From Octopus vulgaris (lineage: Eukaryota): a stretch of 64,000 nucleotides of DNA. Of the stretch, positions 26,711-38,689 are shown piece after piece. The stretch is taken from the NCBI GenBank assembly GCA_951406725.2, contig OX597814.1, positions 109,244,001 through 109,308,000 of the forward strand. The letters run 5' to 3'. Numbering within the stretch: position 1 is the stretch's first letter; each line of letters opens with the position of its first letter. Position numbers and translations under genes: made by a program. The notes beneath the pieces were generated by a model. That model saw nothing but the letters and a program-made list of their open reading frames with translations. It was not told the DNA's origin and searched no databases.

Positions 26711-26778
26711 CATAGGATACATTGCCAAACTCCAGTTGTGCCACATCAAAATGGAAAGTTGGACCAATTACAGATCCT
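26711..26778 (-). CDS. HYDIN: HYDIN exon 11 (GSVIGPTFHFDVAQLEFGNVSY)
   Basis: Hand-translated; AG/GTAAGT ends, 68 nt, phase 2-1. Confidence 0.94.
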
Positions 26779-26960
26779 CTACAAAAAGAAGAGCAAACAT
26801 TTTAATATGGAAATAAAAAATATTATCTTTACAAGCATTAATGACTTTCCTTAATTATTAAACAAATGACAAACTTTAATATTTAATAAAACAATAAAAA
26901 ATTTCGGTAATTATATTACAAGAAAAAAAACCAGACGATGATGTGAATATATATGTATAT

Positions 26961-28702
26961 AAACTTAGATAAATTTAGATATGTTTCGACCAAAGATTGG
27001 TCCAGGCCATGTCTAACTTAATAGCACCACCTGATAGGATTATTCGAATCCTGTTTAAGTCAAGTTTTGTTTATGGTCCATTCAAGTAGTGAGTTCTTGT
27101 TGGGTGAGTTGTATCCAATTATGGGTGGCTTATCTGGTATTCTTTGAAGGAATCTATCCAGACTCCGTTTAAAGTTGATGGGATCCTTTTCCTCTTTGAT
27201 CTCCCTCAGGACAATGTTAAATAGGGCAGGGCCTGTTGAGGAAAAGAAATTATGTTGCAGTGTACATGTATGTTGTGATCTTGAATTGGACAGGGGACAT
27301 ATGGCCTGTGGTCCCAGTCTTGGATGAACCTTGAAGCTAATGTTAAGGTCGTTTGGGCAAAGTTGGCAGTATATTCTCCATATCGTACAAATGATGTACC
27401 GCTCACGGCGACGCTGGAGAGAGTAAAGTTTCAAGGCTTTAAGGCGATCCCAATAATCGAGAGCAGCCATGCCTTCAATTCGTTTAGTGAGTGCCCTCTG
27501 GGGTGACTCAATACTGGAGATGTTTTGTCTTGTATGGGGAGACCACAGTGGGCAGCAATATTCGAGGTGTGGCCGTACAAAGGAGGAGAAAAGTGGTATG
27601 ATGACACCTTGTTCTCTGGACCGGAAATTTCTTAAGATCCAGGAACTCATCCTACGAGCTATATCGACCTTCTTGTTGATGTGTGCACTCCAACTGAGAT
27701 CGTCATCAACAATTACACCCAGGTCTCTGAAATTGTTAGAGGCTGTGAGCGGTTCCCCTGAAGGAAGAGAGTATGGCTGTTTTAGTGAGGAATTTCTTCC
27801 AAAATGCATCAGCTCAAATTTTCCCTCATTCAGTTGCATTTTGTTTCTGTCTGCCCATTGACTCACAGCATATAGATCAGACTGGAGTTGAGTTCGGTCT
27901 GCTTCTTCATTGACGATTTGCTGGAGCTTAGTGTCATCAGCAAATATTTTCACTTTGCAGTAATGTACGACACTGGAAAGGTCGTTTATGTAAATTATGA
28001 AGAGTAGCGGACCCAAGACAGTCCCCTGGGGAACACTGCTGGTGACTTTTGCTGGGCTTGAGTGGACTCCATCAACTACAACATGTTGTGTTCTATTTGC
28101 CAGGAAATACTTAATCCAGTGTAGAACTTTTCCACGGATTCCAACATTTGCCAATTTTGAGAGTAGGATATTATGGTCAACCCTGTCGAACGCTTTACTG
28201 AAGTAAAGATATATGATGTCAGAGTTCGAACCTGTTCCCAGGGCTTTGAGTACATCTTCAATGTGGTGTAAGAGCTGTGTTAGACAGTCCCTGCCACAGT
28301 GAAAGCCATGCTGATTTGCATTTAGGAGTTTGTGGGTCTCCAGGAAGTCAGCTATCCTTGATCTTAACACTCTTTCAAACACTTTAATGATGTGGGAGGT
28401 GAGTGAGATTGGGCGATAGTTAACTGCGAGGGATCTGTTTCCCCTGTTTGAAAACCGGGATGACCGACTGGGATAGAAACTGTTTCGGTATATAACCTGC
28501 GCCTAGCGAATTTCTCCAGAGGTTGGTCAGAGGGACTGCAAGTTGGTGTCTACATTCCTTCAGGAGACTAGCGGGGAATCTATCAGGGCCTACAGCAGAG
28601 TAGTATTTGACCACATTTATTGCTGCTACGATGTCAGTGGCAGTGAAGGTTATGTCTGAGATTTTATGTTGGGAGTCAACTTCGTTCGCTTCTCTTACGT
28701 CA
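26961..28702 (-). mobile_element. 5'-truncated CR1-group LINE; RT ORF 27060-28382, frameshifted from an upstream part
   Basis: Motifs NQHGF, FSKAFDRV, VPQGTVLGPLLF, FADDTKL, VRPHLEY, LYSLQRRR. Confidence 0.92.
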
Positions 28703-28861
28703 ATATATATATATATAAACAACTTATAAACAAGGGCAAAAGAAAAAAATTCTAATGCCAAATATGCCGAAAATAGACAATTCGTCAATAACTATATAAT
28801 TTATCGCTATAAGTACGCGTCTCAAAGTAAGCTGACAGAAATTTCGAAAAAATTCTGTTAT

Positions 28862-28920
28862 TATCGTATTGGTACCAATTTCAGAGTTAATTCATAAGAA
28901 TTTTCTCCTCGTCAGCGATA
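28862..28920 (-). ncRNA. Near-intact type I hammerhead motif, sense to HYDIN pre-mRNA
   Basis: Minus strand: TATCG-CTGACGA-GGAGaaAATTCttatGAATTaaCTCT-GAAA-TTGGTACCAA-TA-CGATA. Confidence 0.75.
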
Positions 28921-29567
28921 AATACAGTAAGAAATAAATGAAATACTTACCCATGGAAAAAAGCAAACACTAAGTCATGAGCACACTTAAGTATCCCAAA
29001 TATATCCAAAATAGAAATTCTCCAGCACACCTCGAGACACGTGCGATCGGCTTGAAAACTTCTGGACACTTTTACATATATATATATAGGATTGAATAGA
29101 ATCTAGGCACATCAACACATTGGACACCAGAAAGGCTAGGTGCAATAGGAAAGGGTTCATAGTGATGTAAACCAACCATGAAGGTATTTTGTGTTAGTAA
29201 GATATTGTAGACATGTAAGTACCAAATCTAATTTAAACCAAAGATCTGACTCAGGGCTGGTTCTAAGTGTGGCATAGGTATAAAAAAAAAAGAACGTAAA
29301 TTGGGCTTAAAATTTCTGACAGCCATTTTGGTAGAATTTTGTTGATGTATTCATAGATTACATCATAGCATATAAAGCATCATTTTCAGGTAAAATTTTC
29401 AACAGGTATGAACAGGTGAGATAATACTTTGATGATAATGAATCTAACCAACATACTGAATGTTGGTTGGATTCATTATAGACAATATGCTATGATGTAA
29501 TCTGTGAATACATCAACAAAATTCTACCAAAACAGCAGTCAGAAATTTGAAGCCCCATTTGTGTTCT

Positions 29568-29601
<34 letters not shown>

Positions 29602-29737
29602 GTAATGGTGTCAGTAAGACCCAAATGTGTCAGGTAATGCTGAGTAAGTGCTATGGATAGACCATAGTTAAGCTCCAGGTTCGGTGAGTCCAACATAGGT
29701 CATATATCAGCTTTTTTATATAAAAATTATTTTTTTC

Positions 29738-29895
29738 AGAATGAGATAAAAAAATCAAGGGTGTGAAGAATATAGAACATTTATAAATAGGTCTTACAGC
29801 TGTTTCCAGGATATAATAAATATCCTGGAAACAGCTGTAAGACCTATTTATAAATGTTCTAAAATCTTCACACACTTGATTTTTTATCTCATTCT
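29738..29895. repeat. ~77-bp-arm fold-back containing a hammerhead-like 3' half
   Basis: Near-perfect inverted repeat with loop at ~29815-29819; arms carry GAAA-CAGCTG-TA-AGAC. Confidence 0.85.
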
Positions 29896-30109
29896 CAAAA
29901 AAAAAATTATATATATATATATATATATACCGGATGTCGCTTCTCCCACCACCATTATAGGTGTCTACTCTTCGAACCCCACTCTTCAATATGCTATTTC
30001 ACCATGCATTACCCCTCTCGTGATATCCTACGTTCTACTTGTCTAGAACCTGTCATCGTTTCTCCGAACACCCCTCCCCACTGGTGCTCCCCTATATTTC
30101 TGCACCCCC

Positions 30110-30424
30110 CCCACAAAAAGCACCATCCGAACGTGGCCGATGCCAGCACCGCTCCGACTGGCTTCTGTGCAGGTGGCACATAAAAAGCACCAACTGACCG
30201 TGGCTGATGCCAGACCCCTCTGGCACCTGTGCAGGTGGCACGTAAAAAGCACCCACTACACTCGCGGAGTGGTTGGCGTTAGGAAGGGCATCCAGCTGTA
30301 GAAACACTGCCAGACCAGACTGGAGCCTGGGGCAGCCACTGGCTCCCCAGACCCCGGTCGAAACCGTCCAACCCGTGCTAGCGCGGAAAACGGACGTTAA
30401 ACGATGATGATGATGATGATGATG
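30110..30424 (+). mobile_element. RTE LINE 3' tail with (GAT)n; most abundant repeat in the window
   Basis: ..GGCGTTAGGAAGGGCATCCAGCTGTAGAAAC..GGACGTTAAAC(GAT)n. The same tail follows RTE RT at 46680-47775. Copies at ~1, 6650, 16030, 18370, 23030, 31725, 37100, 52240 and 60420. Confidence 0.85.
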
Positions 30425-30574
30425 TGCTTTTAATGATGTGATTTCTGAAGAGCAGTGATTCCTTCAACACAAAAATATTGCAATATGTAGTTCTTAGACA
30501 AAATAGAGAATGGTGAAATTTCTAGTCAAATGTTCTTCCACATTTGGGAATTTTCAGTTCTCCATGCTTACATT

Positions 30575-30610
<36 letters not shown>

Positions 30611-30736
30611 CTTCAAAAAAAGTCTGCCTCAACAAACTCCATCTAACCCATACAAGCATGAAAAAATAAATTTTAAAACAATGAAGATGATGAAAATCAA
30701 AAACCCATTTCTACTTTTTTTTATTTTCAAACTCAC

Positions 30737-31236
30737 CTGAATTTGAGTTCCACAGGTTGAGGTAGACCCTCCACCTGAAATTTGAAGACTTCGTCAAAAT
30801 CTCCTAAACTACTTCCTTGAAACTTCACTCGTATTGCTTGGTGACCTCCCGGTTGTACTACGCCATTATTCGGGTTGAAAGTGAAATAGGAAGCAAAGGC
30901 AGAGAAACTCTTTTGGATAACATAACTGGCAAGAATCTGTCCGTGATTGGCTAAAATCACTTCATAGTAATGACAGGAACCAATGAAAATCGGTCCAACA
31001 TTCATGATATTCACAGACAGCTGAACTTTGGGTCCTTTCCCTTCACCACGCAACTGCAATGGAAGACGGTTCTCCCGACCAGTGATTTCACAATATGCAG
31101 TTTTAATATAAGACTTTGCTTCCAATGGTTTGAACATGATATTTATTTGCATCGTTTGGTTAGGCCAAATCTCTCCTTCAATTGGTTCAATCTTGAAGAC
31201 TTCATCGTAAAACAGACCACTGCCATCTTCAATCAA
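30737..31236 (-). CDS. HYDIN: HYDIN exon 10 (LIEDGSGLFYDEVF..PVELKFR)
   Basis: AG/GTGAGT ends, 500 nt, phase 0-2. Confidence 0.96.
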
Positions 31237-32321
31237 CTGTAAAGTAATAACAAGAGTCATATTTGTGATACAAACAATTTCAAGATAACAATTATTTCCA
31301 GTAAAACCATCAATGAGATGCAGCATGAAGTTTTGTCAGTGAACAGGTCGCAGTCTCAAATTGCCGAAAATATTTTGACAAATTAAATTTAAATGTTGAA
31401 ATGAATCTAACGGTTTTTGTGTACTTCTTAAATGGCTTATAAACACCTTCCACACAGCAATTGTTTTCGTTCCAGCACACGATCTCAGATCAAGTCACTC
31501 GTTATGCAAGTACATCTCCGTAACATCAATGAGTAACTTGCTAGAAAATTGAAAAAAAAAACACTTCATTTCTAATACAATCATGGATTGGACGGATTGA
31601 CAGGAGCTGACAAGCTGGAGAGCTGCACCAGGCTTCAATTGTCTGTTTTTACAGGTTTTTACAGCTGGATGCCCTTCCTAACACCAATCACTTTACAGAG
31701 CGTACAGAATATACAATAGATATATCATCATCATCATTGTTTAACATACACTTTCCATACTAGCATGGGTTGGACGGTTTGACTGAGGACTGGTGAACCA
31801 GATGGCTGCACCAGGCTCCAGTCTGGATCTGGCAAAGTTTCTACAGCTGGATGCCCTTCCTAATGCCAACCACTCCAAGAGTGTAGTAGGTACTTTATAT
31901 GTGCCACCGGCATGAGGGCCAGTCAGGCGGTACTGGCAATGACCTTGCTCGAATCTTTTTACACATGCCAACAGTACAGGTGCCAGTCAGGCAACGCTGG
32001 TAACAATCACGCTCGAATGGTGCCTCTTACATGCCACTGGCACGGAAGCCAGTTAGTCACTCTGGCAACGATCACGCTTGGATGGTGCTCTTAGCACCCT
32101 ACTAGCACAGGACACAAGTGCCAGTAAGGCGAAGCTGGTAATGATCACACTCAAATGGTGCCTTTTATGTGCCACTGGCACGGAAGCCGGTTAGCCGCTC
32201 TGTCAACGATCACACTCGAATGGTGCTCGTGCCCGTCACTGAATTTCACTTTGATTTTATTTTCTAATTAGTAGACGGAAATGGTTACAATACGGTTTTT
32301 CATTATATTGAAGAGACTTAC

Positions 32322-32448
32322 CTTTCTCCTGTTCAGATAGGAACGGTTCATTACAGAGATCTTGTCATTTAATGAAGGATCTCCAGTATAATCTTGTATA
32401 AAGTTTTCTATCTCAGTTTGCCTTGTTTCTTCAATATCAGAGACAAAT
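32322..32448 (-). CDS. HYDIN: HYDIN exon 9 (FVSDIEE..DPSLNDKISVMNRSYLNRRK)
   Basis: AG/GTAAGT ends, 127 nt, phase 2-0. Confidence 0.92.
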
Positions 32449-32614
32449 CTTGAAATATACAAAAGAAAGGAAAAAGGAAAAACTGATATATATATATATT
32501 CAAAAACAAAATAGAAACATAATGAGTCTACATTCATCCAGATTGCAAAAACAGAAGCACTGAGAAATTATTAAGTGTTTATTGATGATGTATCTTGAAG
32601 TGAATTTAGTTACA

Positions 32615-34007
32615 TACGAGGGGGTACCCAAATATAAGTGGAAACATTCTCTGTAGGGCAAGCCCATTGTGGTTCAGGCTTCTGCCCCTAGAAGCCACTT
32701 GATGCAGCCCTCAGGCATCAGTCTGCCAACCAGTGGTGCCAAGTGGAATCGTTCTGCCATGTGGTGCATCTTTGTTTTACAGTGCTTCTCTCCTGATTTT
32801 TGCTATGACTGAAATGAAGGAACAGCATGCTTCCGTGAAATACTGTTTTCAGCTGGGAAAAACAGCAGCTGAAACAGTTGTCATGCTTCAAACAACCTAT
32901 AAGGATGACGCCATGATCAAAACAAGTTTACGAGTGATTTTCACACTTTAGGAATGGTGACTTGTTGCTTCAAGACCAACCTCATACAGGGTGACTGTCG
33001 ACCTCCCAAACAAATGAAAACATCATGGAAATTCATGAACTGATCTTGGAGGACCATCACCAAACGGTTGATGAACTTGTTGATATGTCTGGTGTGCCCT
33101 GGGGATGGTCCCAACGAATTTTGAGTGAGGAATTGTGAATGAAAAGAGTTGCAGCAAAATTTAGTGCCTCACTTACTCACGGAAGATCAACAGCAGTCAA
33201 GACTGAATGTGTGTTGAGAACTGAAAGAACTTTTGGAAGTTGATCTGAACCTTTTTACAAAGGTCATCAGAGGTGATGAAACCAGGTGTTACAGCTAGGA
33301 CCTGGAAACAAAGCAGCAATCAACTCAACAGAAGCATTCAATGTCACCACATTCCCAAAAAAGCATGTCAAGTGAAGTCCAATGTCAAGATGATCCTAAT
33401 TTGTTTCATTGATGTGAAAGGAATTGTCCACTCAGAATTTGTTCCTCCTGGTCAAACTGTTAACCAGACATTTTACTTGGCAGTTCTGAAGCATTTGTGA
33501 GATGTGGTGAGATGAAGATGCCCCAACCAATGGCAAAGTGGAGAGTGGTGGTTTCATCAGGACAATGCACCTTTGCACACTGCCTTGAATGTGAGACAAT
33601 TTTTGATCAAAAATGGCATGACCCCCATTTACCCATCCTCCCTATTCACCTGATCTTGCAACTTTTTTTGTTCCCCCCATTGAAAAATGTCCTTAAAAGA
33701 AAAAGTTTTGCAGATGTGGAAGAGGTGAAGAAAAAGAGAACATCATCATCACCATCATCATCATTGTTTAACATCCGTTTTACAAGCTGGCATGGGTTGG
33801 ACGGTTTGACTGAGGCCTGGAAAGCCAGGAGGCTGCACCAGGCTAGGTATTAAAAGACATCACATTGCAAACAATGGAAAACAAGTCTGAACCGATGCAT
33901 TGCTTCAAATTGAGAAGACTTTGAAGGCAGTAAAAGTGTAAACATGTAAAACTAAGTGAATAAAAGATTATTGCAAAATTCTGGTTTCTTTTAGGAATGC
34001 CCTCATA
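32615..34007 (+). mobile_element. Near full-length decayed mariner with an RTE-tail insertion
   Basis: TA-flanked TIRs; MTEMKEQHASVK.., GDETRCY, HQDNAP and PYSPDL remnants with stops and frameshifts. Confidence 0.9.
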
Positions 34008-34156
34008 TAATAATTTATATTACATGGGTTTAACCTTTTAGCAATTAAACTGGTCATATCTGGTCAAAATATTCTACTTTATGTTCAGACTGGCCAAACA
34101 TGGCCTCTCGCACCTACCCTACAGTATCATTCGAAACATATACAATGACATCGCAG

Positions 34157-34705
34157 TTCTATATTTAAGAGATAAGGAATTATGTACATTATTTACATTT
34201 GACGGCTATTTGTCCTCATCTTGCTTGTTGTTAACATTTCGGCTGATATACCCTCCAGCCTTCATCAGATGTCCTGGGGAAATTTCAAACCTGGATTCTC
34301 ATTCCCAAGGTATTTTTCGATATTATTATTATTATATTATTATTATTCAGGTCACTGCCTGGAATTGAACTCGGGATCTTGGGGTTAGAAGCCCGCGCTC
34401 TTAACCACTACACCCACGGACATATAGTATAGTGGTTAAGAACACGGGCTACTAACACCAAGATTGCGAGTTCAATTCCAGGCAGTGACCTGAATAAAAA
34501 TAGCAGCAGCAGCAGCAACAACAACAACAGCAACAGCAACAACAACAACAACAACAATATCAGAAAATACTTTAGGAATGAGAACCTAGGTTCGAAATTA
34601 TACCAAGTCACCTGATGAAGGCTGGAGGGTATATCAGCTAAAACATGTTAGCAACAAACAAGATGAGGACAAATATCCGTCAAATGTAAATAAGATAAAT
34701 AATGT
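34157..34705. mobile_element. Head-to-head tRNA-headed, hammerhead-tailed element inserted in a TTAA MITE
   Basis: Two inverted copies meeting at ~34415; A/B boxes, trinucleotide linker, hammerhead core; possible TSD CAATGACATC/CAATCACATC. Confidence 0.75.
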
Positions 34706-35304
34706 GCAATCACATCATTGAAATCTCAAAGCTACAAGACAATGCAGGATTAATTCCAAATAACAGAGAAATCTGAATGCTAAAGGATTATTAAATGCCC
34801 TTGGATGGCAAGAAGGCCTGCCAGTAGGATCGGAACCACATACCTTGTGTAAATGAGATGTGCTGCAAGTTATACTAAAGCAACCTTCTGTCTTTCTTCC
34901 CTCAAACTAAATGATTTAATCTTAATTTTACTAATGAGAAAATCTATAGTTTGATGCTCTTCCTAACATCAACCACTTTACAGAGGGTACAGGATGCCTT
35001 TAATGTGGCACCCAGCACCAATACTTTTTACATGGCACTAGCACCAGTGCTTTGCATTTTACAGAGTGTATGAGGGGGGGCTTTCTATGTGGCACCAGCA
35101 CTGGTGATTTTTATGTGGCACCAGCACTGGTGATTTTTATGTGGCACCAGCACCAGGGGGTTGCCAAGTGACCTGCAAGACAAAGACCTCTCAGCTGGGA
35201 GAGGGAGGGTTGTAAGATTTTAACTTGATTAATAATCCCTCAGTTACCATGTTTCTGTTGAAAGACAAAATTTTTTTAATTAATTTTTAAAATAATGAAG
35301 ATTT

Positions 35305-36095
35305 AGGCGCAGGAGTGGCTGTGTGGTAAGTAGCTTGCTTACCAACCACATGGCATCTTGGGCAAGTGTCTTCTGCTATAGCCTTGAGTCGACCAATGCC
35401 TTGTGAGTGGATTTGGTAGACGGTAACTGAAAGAAGCCTGTCGTATATATCTTTATATATAAAAGTGAGATTGTGTGCTGTCTGTCTCTTACGATTTAGA
35501 TTCCTAACTACTACCACATTTTGCGGTGCAGTTTAACCAAAACCGGGTATCTTATAGTCGTGATTCATATCAAGCCCTTCTGGGTATTAGCGCGCGTCTA
35601 CGATGAGTCTACGATTTAAAAAAAAATTTACCATCAATTTTTCCCATTTTTAATGCAGTTTTGGCATATATAAGGGAAGTAACTCTCTAAAAATTTATTA
35701 TTAAATCTCAGAACGTAAAAAGCTACAGTAACACCCCCCCTTTGTGGTTAGCCATAATGAGATGGCTATTATACTTTACATCTCTAAAAATGCTTATATA
35801 GTTATTTCCTTTACAAACCCGAGAAACGCCTGGCGATACTGCTAGTATGTATATATATATATGTATGTATGTGTGTGTATATGTTTGTGTGCCTGTGTTT
35901 GTCCCCCAAGCATTGCTTGACAACCGATGCTGGTGTGTTTATGTCCCCGTCACTTAGCGTTTCGGCAAAAGAGACCGATAGAATAAGTACTGGGCTTACA
36001 AAGAATAAGTCCTGGGGTCGATTTGCTCGACTAAAGGCAGTGCTCCAGCATGGCCGCAGTCAAATGACTGAAAAAAGTAAAAGTATAGTAAAGTA
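35305..36095 (+). mobile_element. SINE family A split by a nested Helitron
   Basis: 5' half 35305-35449, 3' half 35846-36095. Confidence 0.85.
35450..35845 (+). mobile_element. Non-autonomous Helitron
   Basis: A|TC 5' end; CCCGAGAAACGCCTGG hairpin then CTAG|T 3' end; no TSD. Confidence 0.85.
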
Positions 36096-36239
36096 AAGTA
36101 TTTTAGTAAAATAACATGTTCGTTTGTAGAAAGTAATATCAGAAGGCAAAACATTGTTATTTATTATATGCACACATGTGCGGATAAGAATCATCATATG
36201 TGGCCAGAATATGCATGCAGTTACTCAGGGAAGCCATAA

Positions 36240-36695
36240 TTTACGTTTTTAAACCGATATATAACGGCAGGCGGTGGTACTGCACTAGCTGTTTGTTTTC
36301 TTGTTGAGCGAAGCGGTCTTCGTCCCAGGCCTCGCAAGATCGCACCTCAGGATTGTCTGTGGTGGGAGAAGTCCGAAATGTGGTCCTTTGCTATTCGTAA
36401 GACCTGCAGAAGAGAAAGCAGGTCAACCCCCGACACCGAGGGCATCGACGGATGGATGAATGCACATCCAGGCTCAGCGGTTGCGTAGGAAGTCAGGGAC
36501 AAGAAACAGGAAGAAAGAGTAAGAGAAAGTTGGAGCGAAAGAGTACAACAGGGGTCACCACCACCCCCTGCCGGAGCCTCGTGGAGCTTTAGGCGTTTTC
36601 GCTCAATAAACACACAACGTCCGGTCTGGGAATCAAAACCGTGATCCTCCGACTGCGAGTCCACTGCCCTAACCACTGGGCCATTGCACCTCCAC
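36240..36695 (-). mobile_element. tRNA-derived SINE (head shared with 51654, different tail)
   Basis: GGAGGTGCAATGGCCCAGTGGTTAGG..GGTTTTGATTCCC head. Confidence 0.8.
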
Positions 36696-37632
36696 AGCAG
36701 TTCTATACCTTCTCCAATTTCTAATCCTGAAATCTTCCACTAGCTGTTGGAAGAACCTGAGGAGTTAACATGTTCTAGAATGAACACTGCATGACACTGA
36801 CTGTTCAGGAGTTGATAAGTCAAGATATCATAATTCCACAGTGAGTAAGTAGCATGAAGTGGGTGATGGATGGATGGCATAGTGAGCTTAAAGTAATCCC
36901 ACAGTTGGTAAAGATATCTGAAGGTGTATGTTATGGAAAAGTGGTGTTGAAGGCCTAGCGCCTTCCTGGTAACTAATGGCTGACTGGAGCAGAATTCCTT
37001 TTTTTATAGCTGTGTGATCATCTCCAATTGGCTGCAGTTGCCAAAGCACAACCCTGCTAATCCGCAACAACAAAATAGGGATTCCTTTACTCACAACAGC
37101 ATCATCATCATCGTTTAACGTCCGCTTTCCATGCTATCATGGGTTGGACGATTTTGACTTGAGGATTTGTGAACCAGATGGCTGCACCAGGCTCCAATCT
37201 TGATCTGGCAGAGTTTCTACAGCTGGATGCCCTTCCTAACGCCAACCACTCTAAGAGTGTAGTAGGTGCTTTTTACGTGCCACCAGCATGGGAGCCAGTT
37301 AGGTGGTACTGGCAATGACCTCACTCGAATCGTTTTATGCATGCCACCGGCACAAGTGCCAGTAAGGCAACGTTGGTAATGATCACGCTCAAATGGTGCC
37401 CTTTTACATGCCACCGGCACAGAAGCCAGTTGGCTGCTCTGGCAACGATCACGCCCGGATGGTGCTCTTGGCACCCTACTAGCACGGGGCACAAGTGCCA
37501 GTAAGGCGACGCTGGTAACAATCACACTACAGGTATGAATATAGATCATTTTAAAATGAGATGATTCTATCATGGAACTAGGGGCAGTCTCAGGGTAGTT
37601 GGTATGAAAAGGGTAAATAAAAAAGACCATAC

Positions 37633-37834
37633 CTTTCTTTTTGCTCTATCTCATCAATCCACGTAGGAAAATTAGTCCATTTGTATTTGGCAACAACATT
37701 TGTCCGATTGTGAATAAATACACTTCTCTGATTGGTCAGAGAGATAAAAGTATTTTCAATACGAACCGAGTTTCTGTCCAAGCGTATGTTTATGTCTTGG
37801 GCAACAGCATGCAGTTCTATGAACAAAACTTCAC
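37633..37834 (-). CDS. HYDIN: HYDIN exon 8 (EVLFIELHAVAQDINIRLDRNS..EQKER)
   Basis: AG/GT ends, 202 nt, phase 1-2. Confidence 0.95.
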
Positions 37835-38689
37835 CTATAAACAGAGAAACATCCTTTTTAGGAAAAGAAAATCATCTCCACCACCACAAGCTGAGGGAGG
37901 TGGTGGGGTCAATGAATATAAGCTGAAGGGAAAGGTAGAGAAGGGCAGGTGGTGTCTGTAGAGATTAGAGTAGTAGAGTGGATGTAGTGAATGGTGACAA
38001 GGATAGAGGGAGTGAGCAATGATACATATGAGATGAAGGGAAGATGGGGGAGAGTAAGTGATGACTGACAGCACAGAAGGGGATGAAAAGCAGTAGAATA
38101 GTAATAATTATACTGTAGACAAGGGAGATGACATATGGGTGGGTAGGTTGAAAGAGTGTGAGGGGAGAGGCAAACAGTGTATGGGGAAGTGAGAAATGTA
38201 TGGTGGTGTAGGAAAGACAACTTGGGAGCACAGTAGTGTGATCAATGTAAAATGTCAGAGGAGAGGGACAATATCAAGAATGAAGACTGGATGTCAAGTG
38301 ATGTGGTTCAAGGTAGTGAGAAAGATAACTGGTATCAGAGAAAAAAAATGATGAAATTAGCAGTTCTCATCTAATTTAATTACAGCAGCAGAATATTACA
38401 GTTAGGTAGGTGATGGAGGAGTCAGTGTGGAGAAGTAGTGGGTGGTGGTGAAGGCTTGAGGAGGAAACTGGGTGAGCAGCCTAGATGTGTGTGTGTGTGT
38501 GTCATTATTCACTTTATTTCAAGATTAGTTGCCAATAAAGAACTGGTTTCTAACCTAGATCCAAGGCTCCTTTATTGGAATTTCAACAACAACAGAGTAT
38601 GTATGTATGTGCATGCATGCAGATTTGTATGTTTTGCTCTATGTATGTATTCTCATACATATTATTACATATCTAGACATACTCATATA

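Noticed and set aside
27060-28382. Host gene or active retroelement
   Set aside because: 5'-truncated, frameshifted LINE with substitutions in conserved RT motifs and no endonuclease domain.
34418-34490. Functional tRNA gene (also heads at 9184, 36695 and 51654)
   Set aside because: No acceptor stem closure or terminator seen; each head continues into a repeat body, so these are SINE heads.
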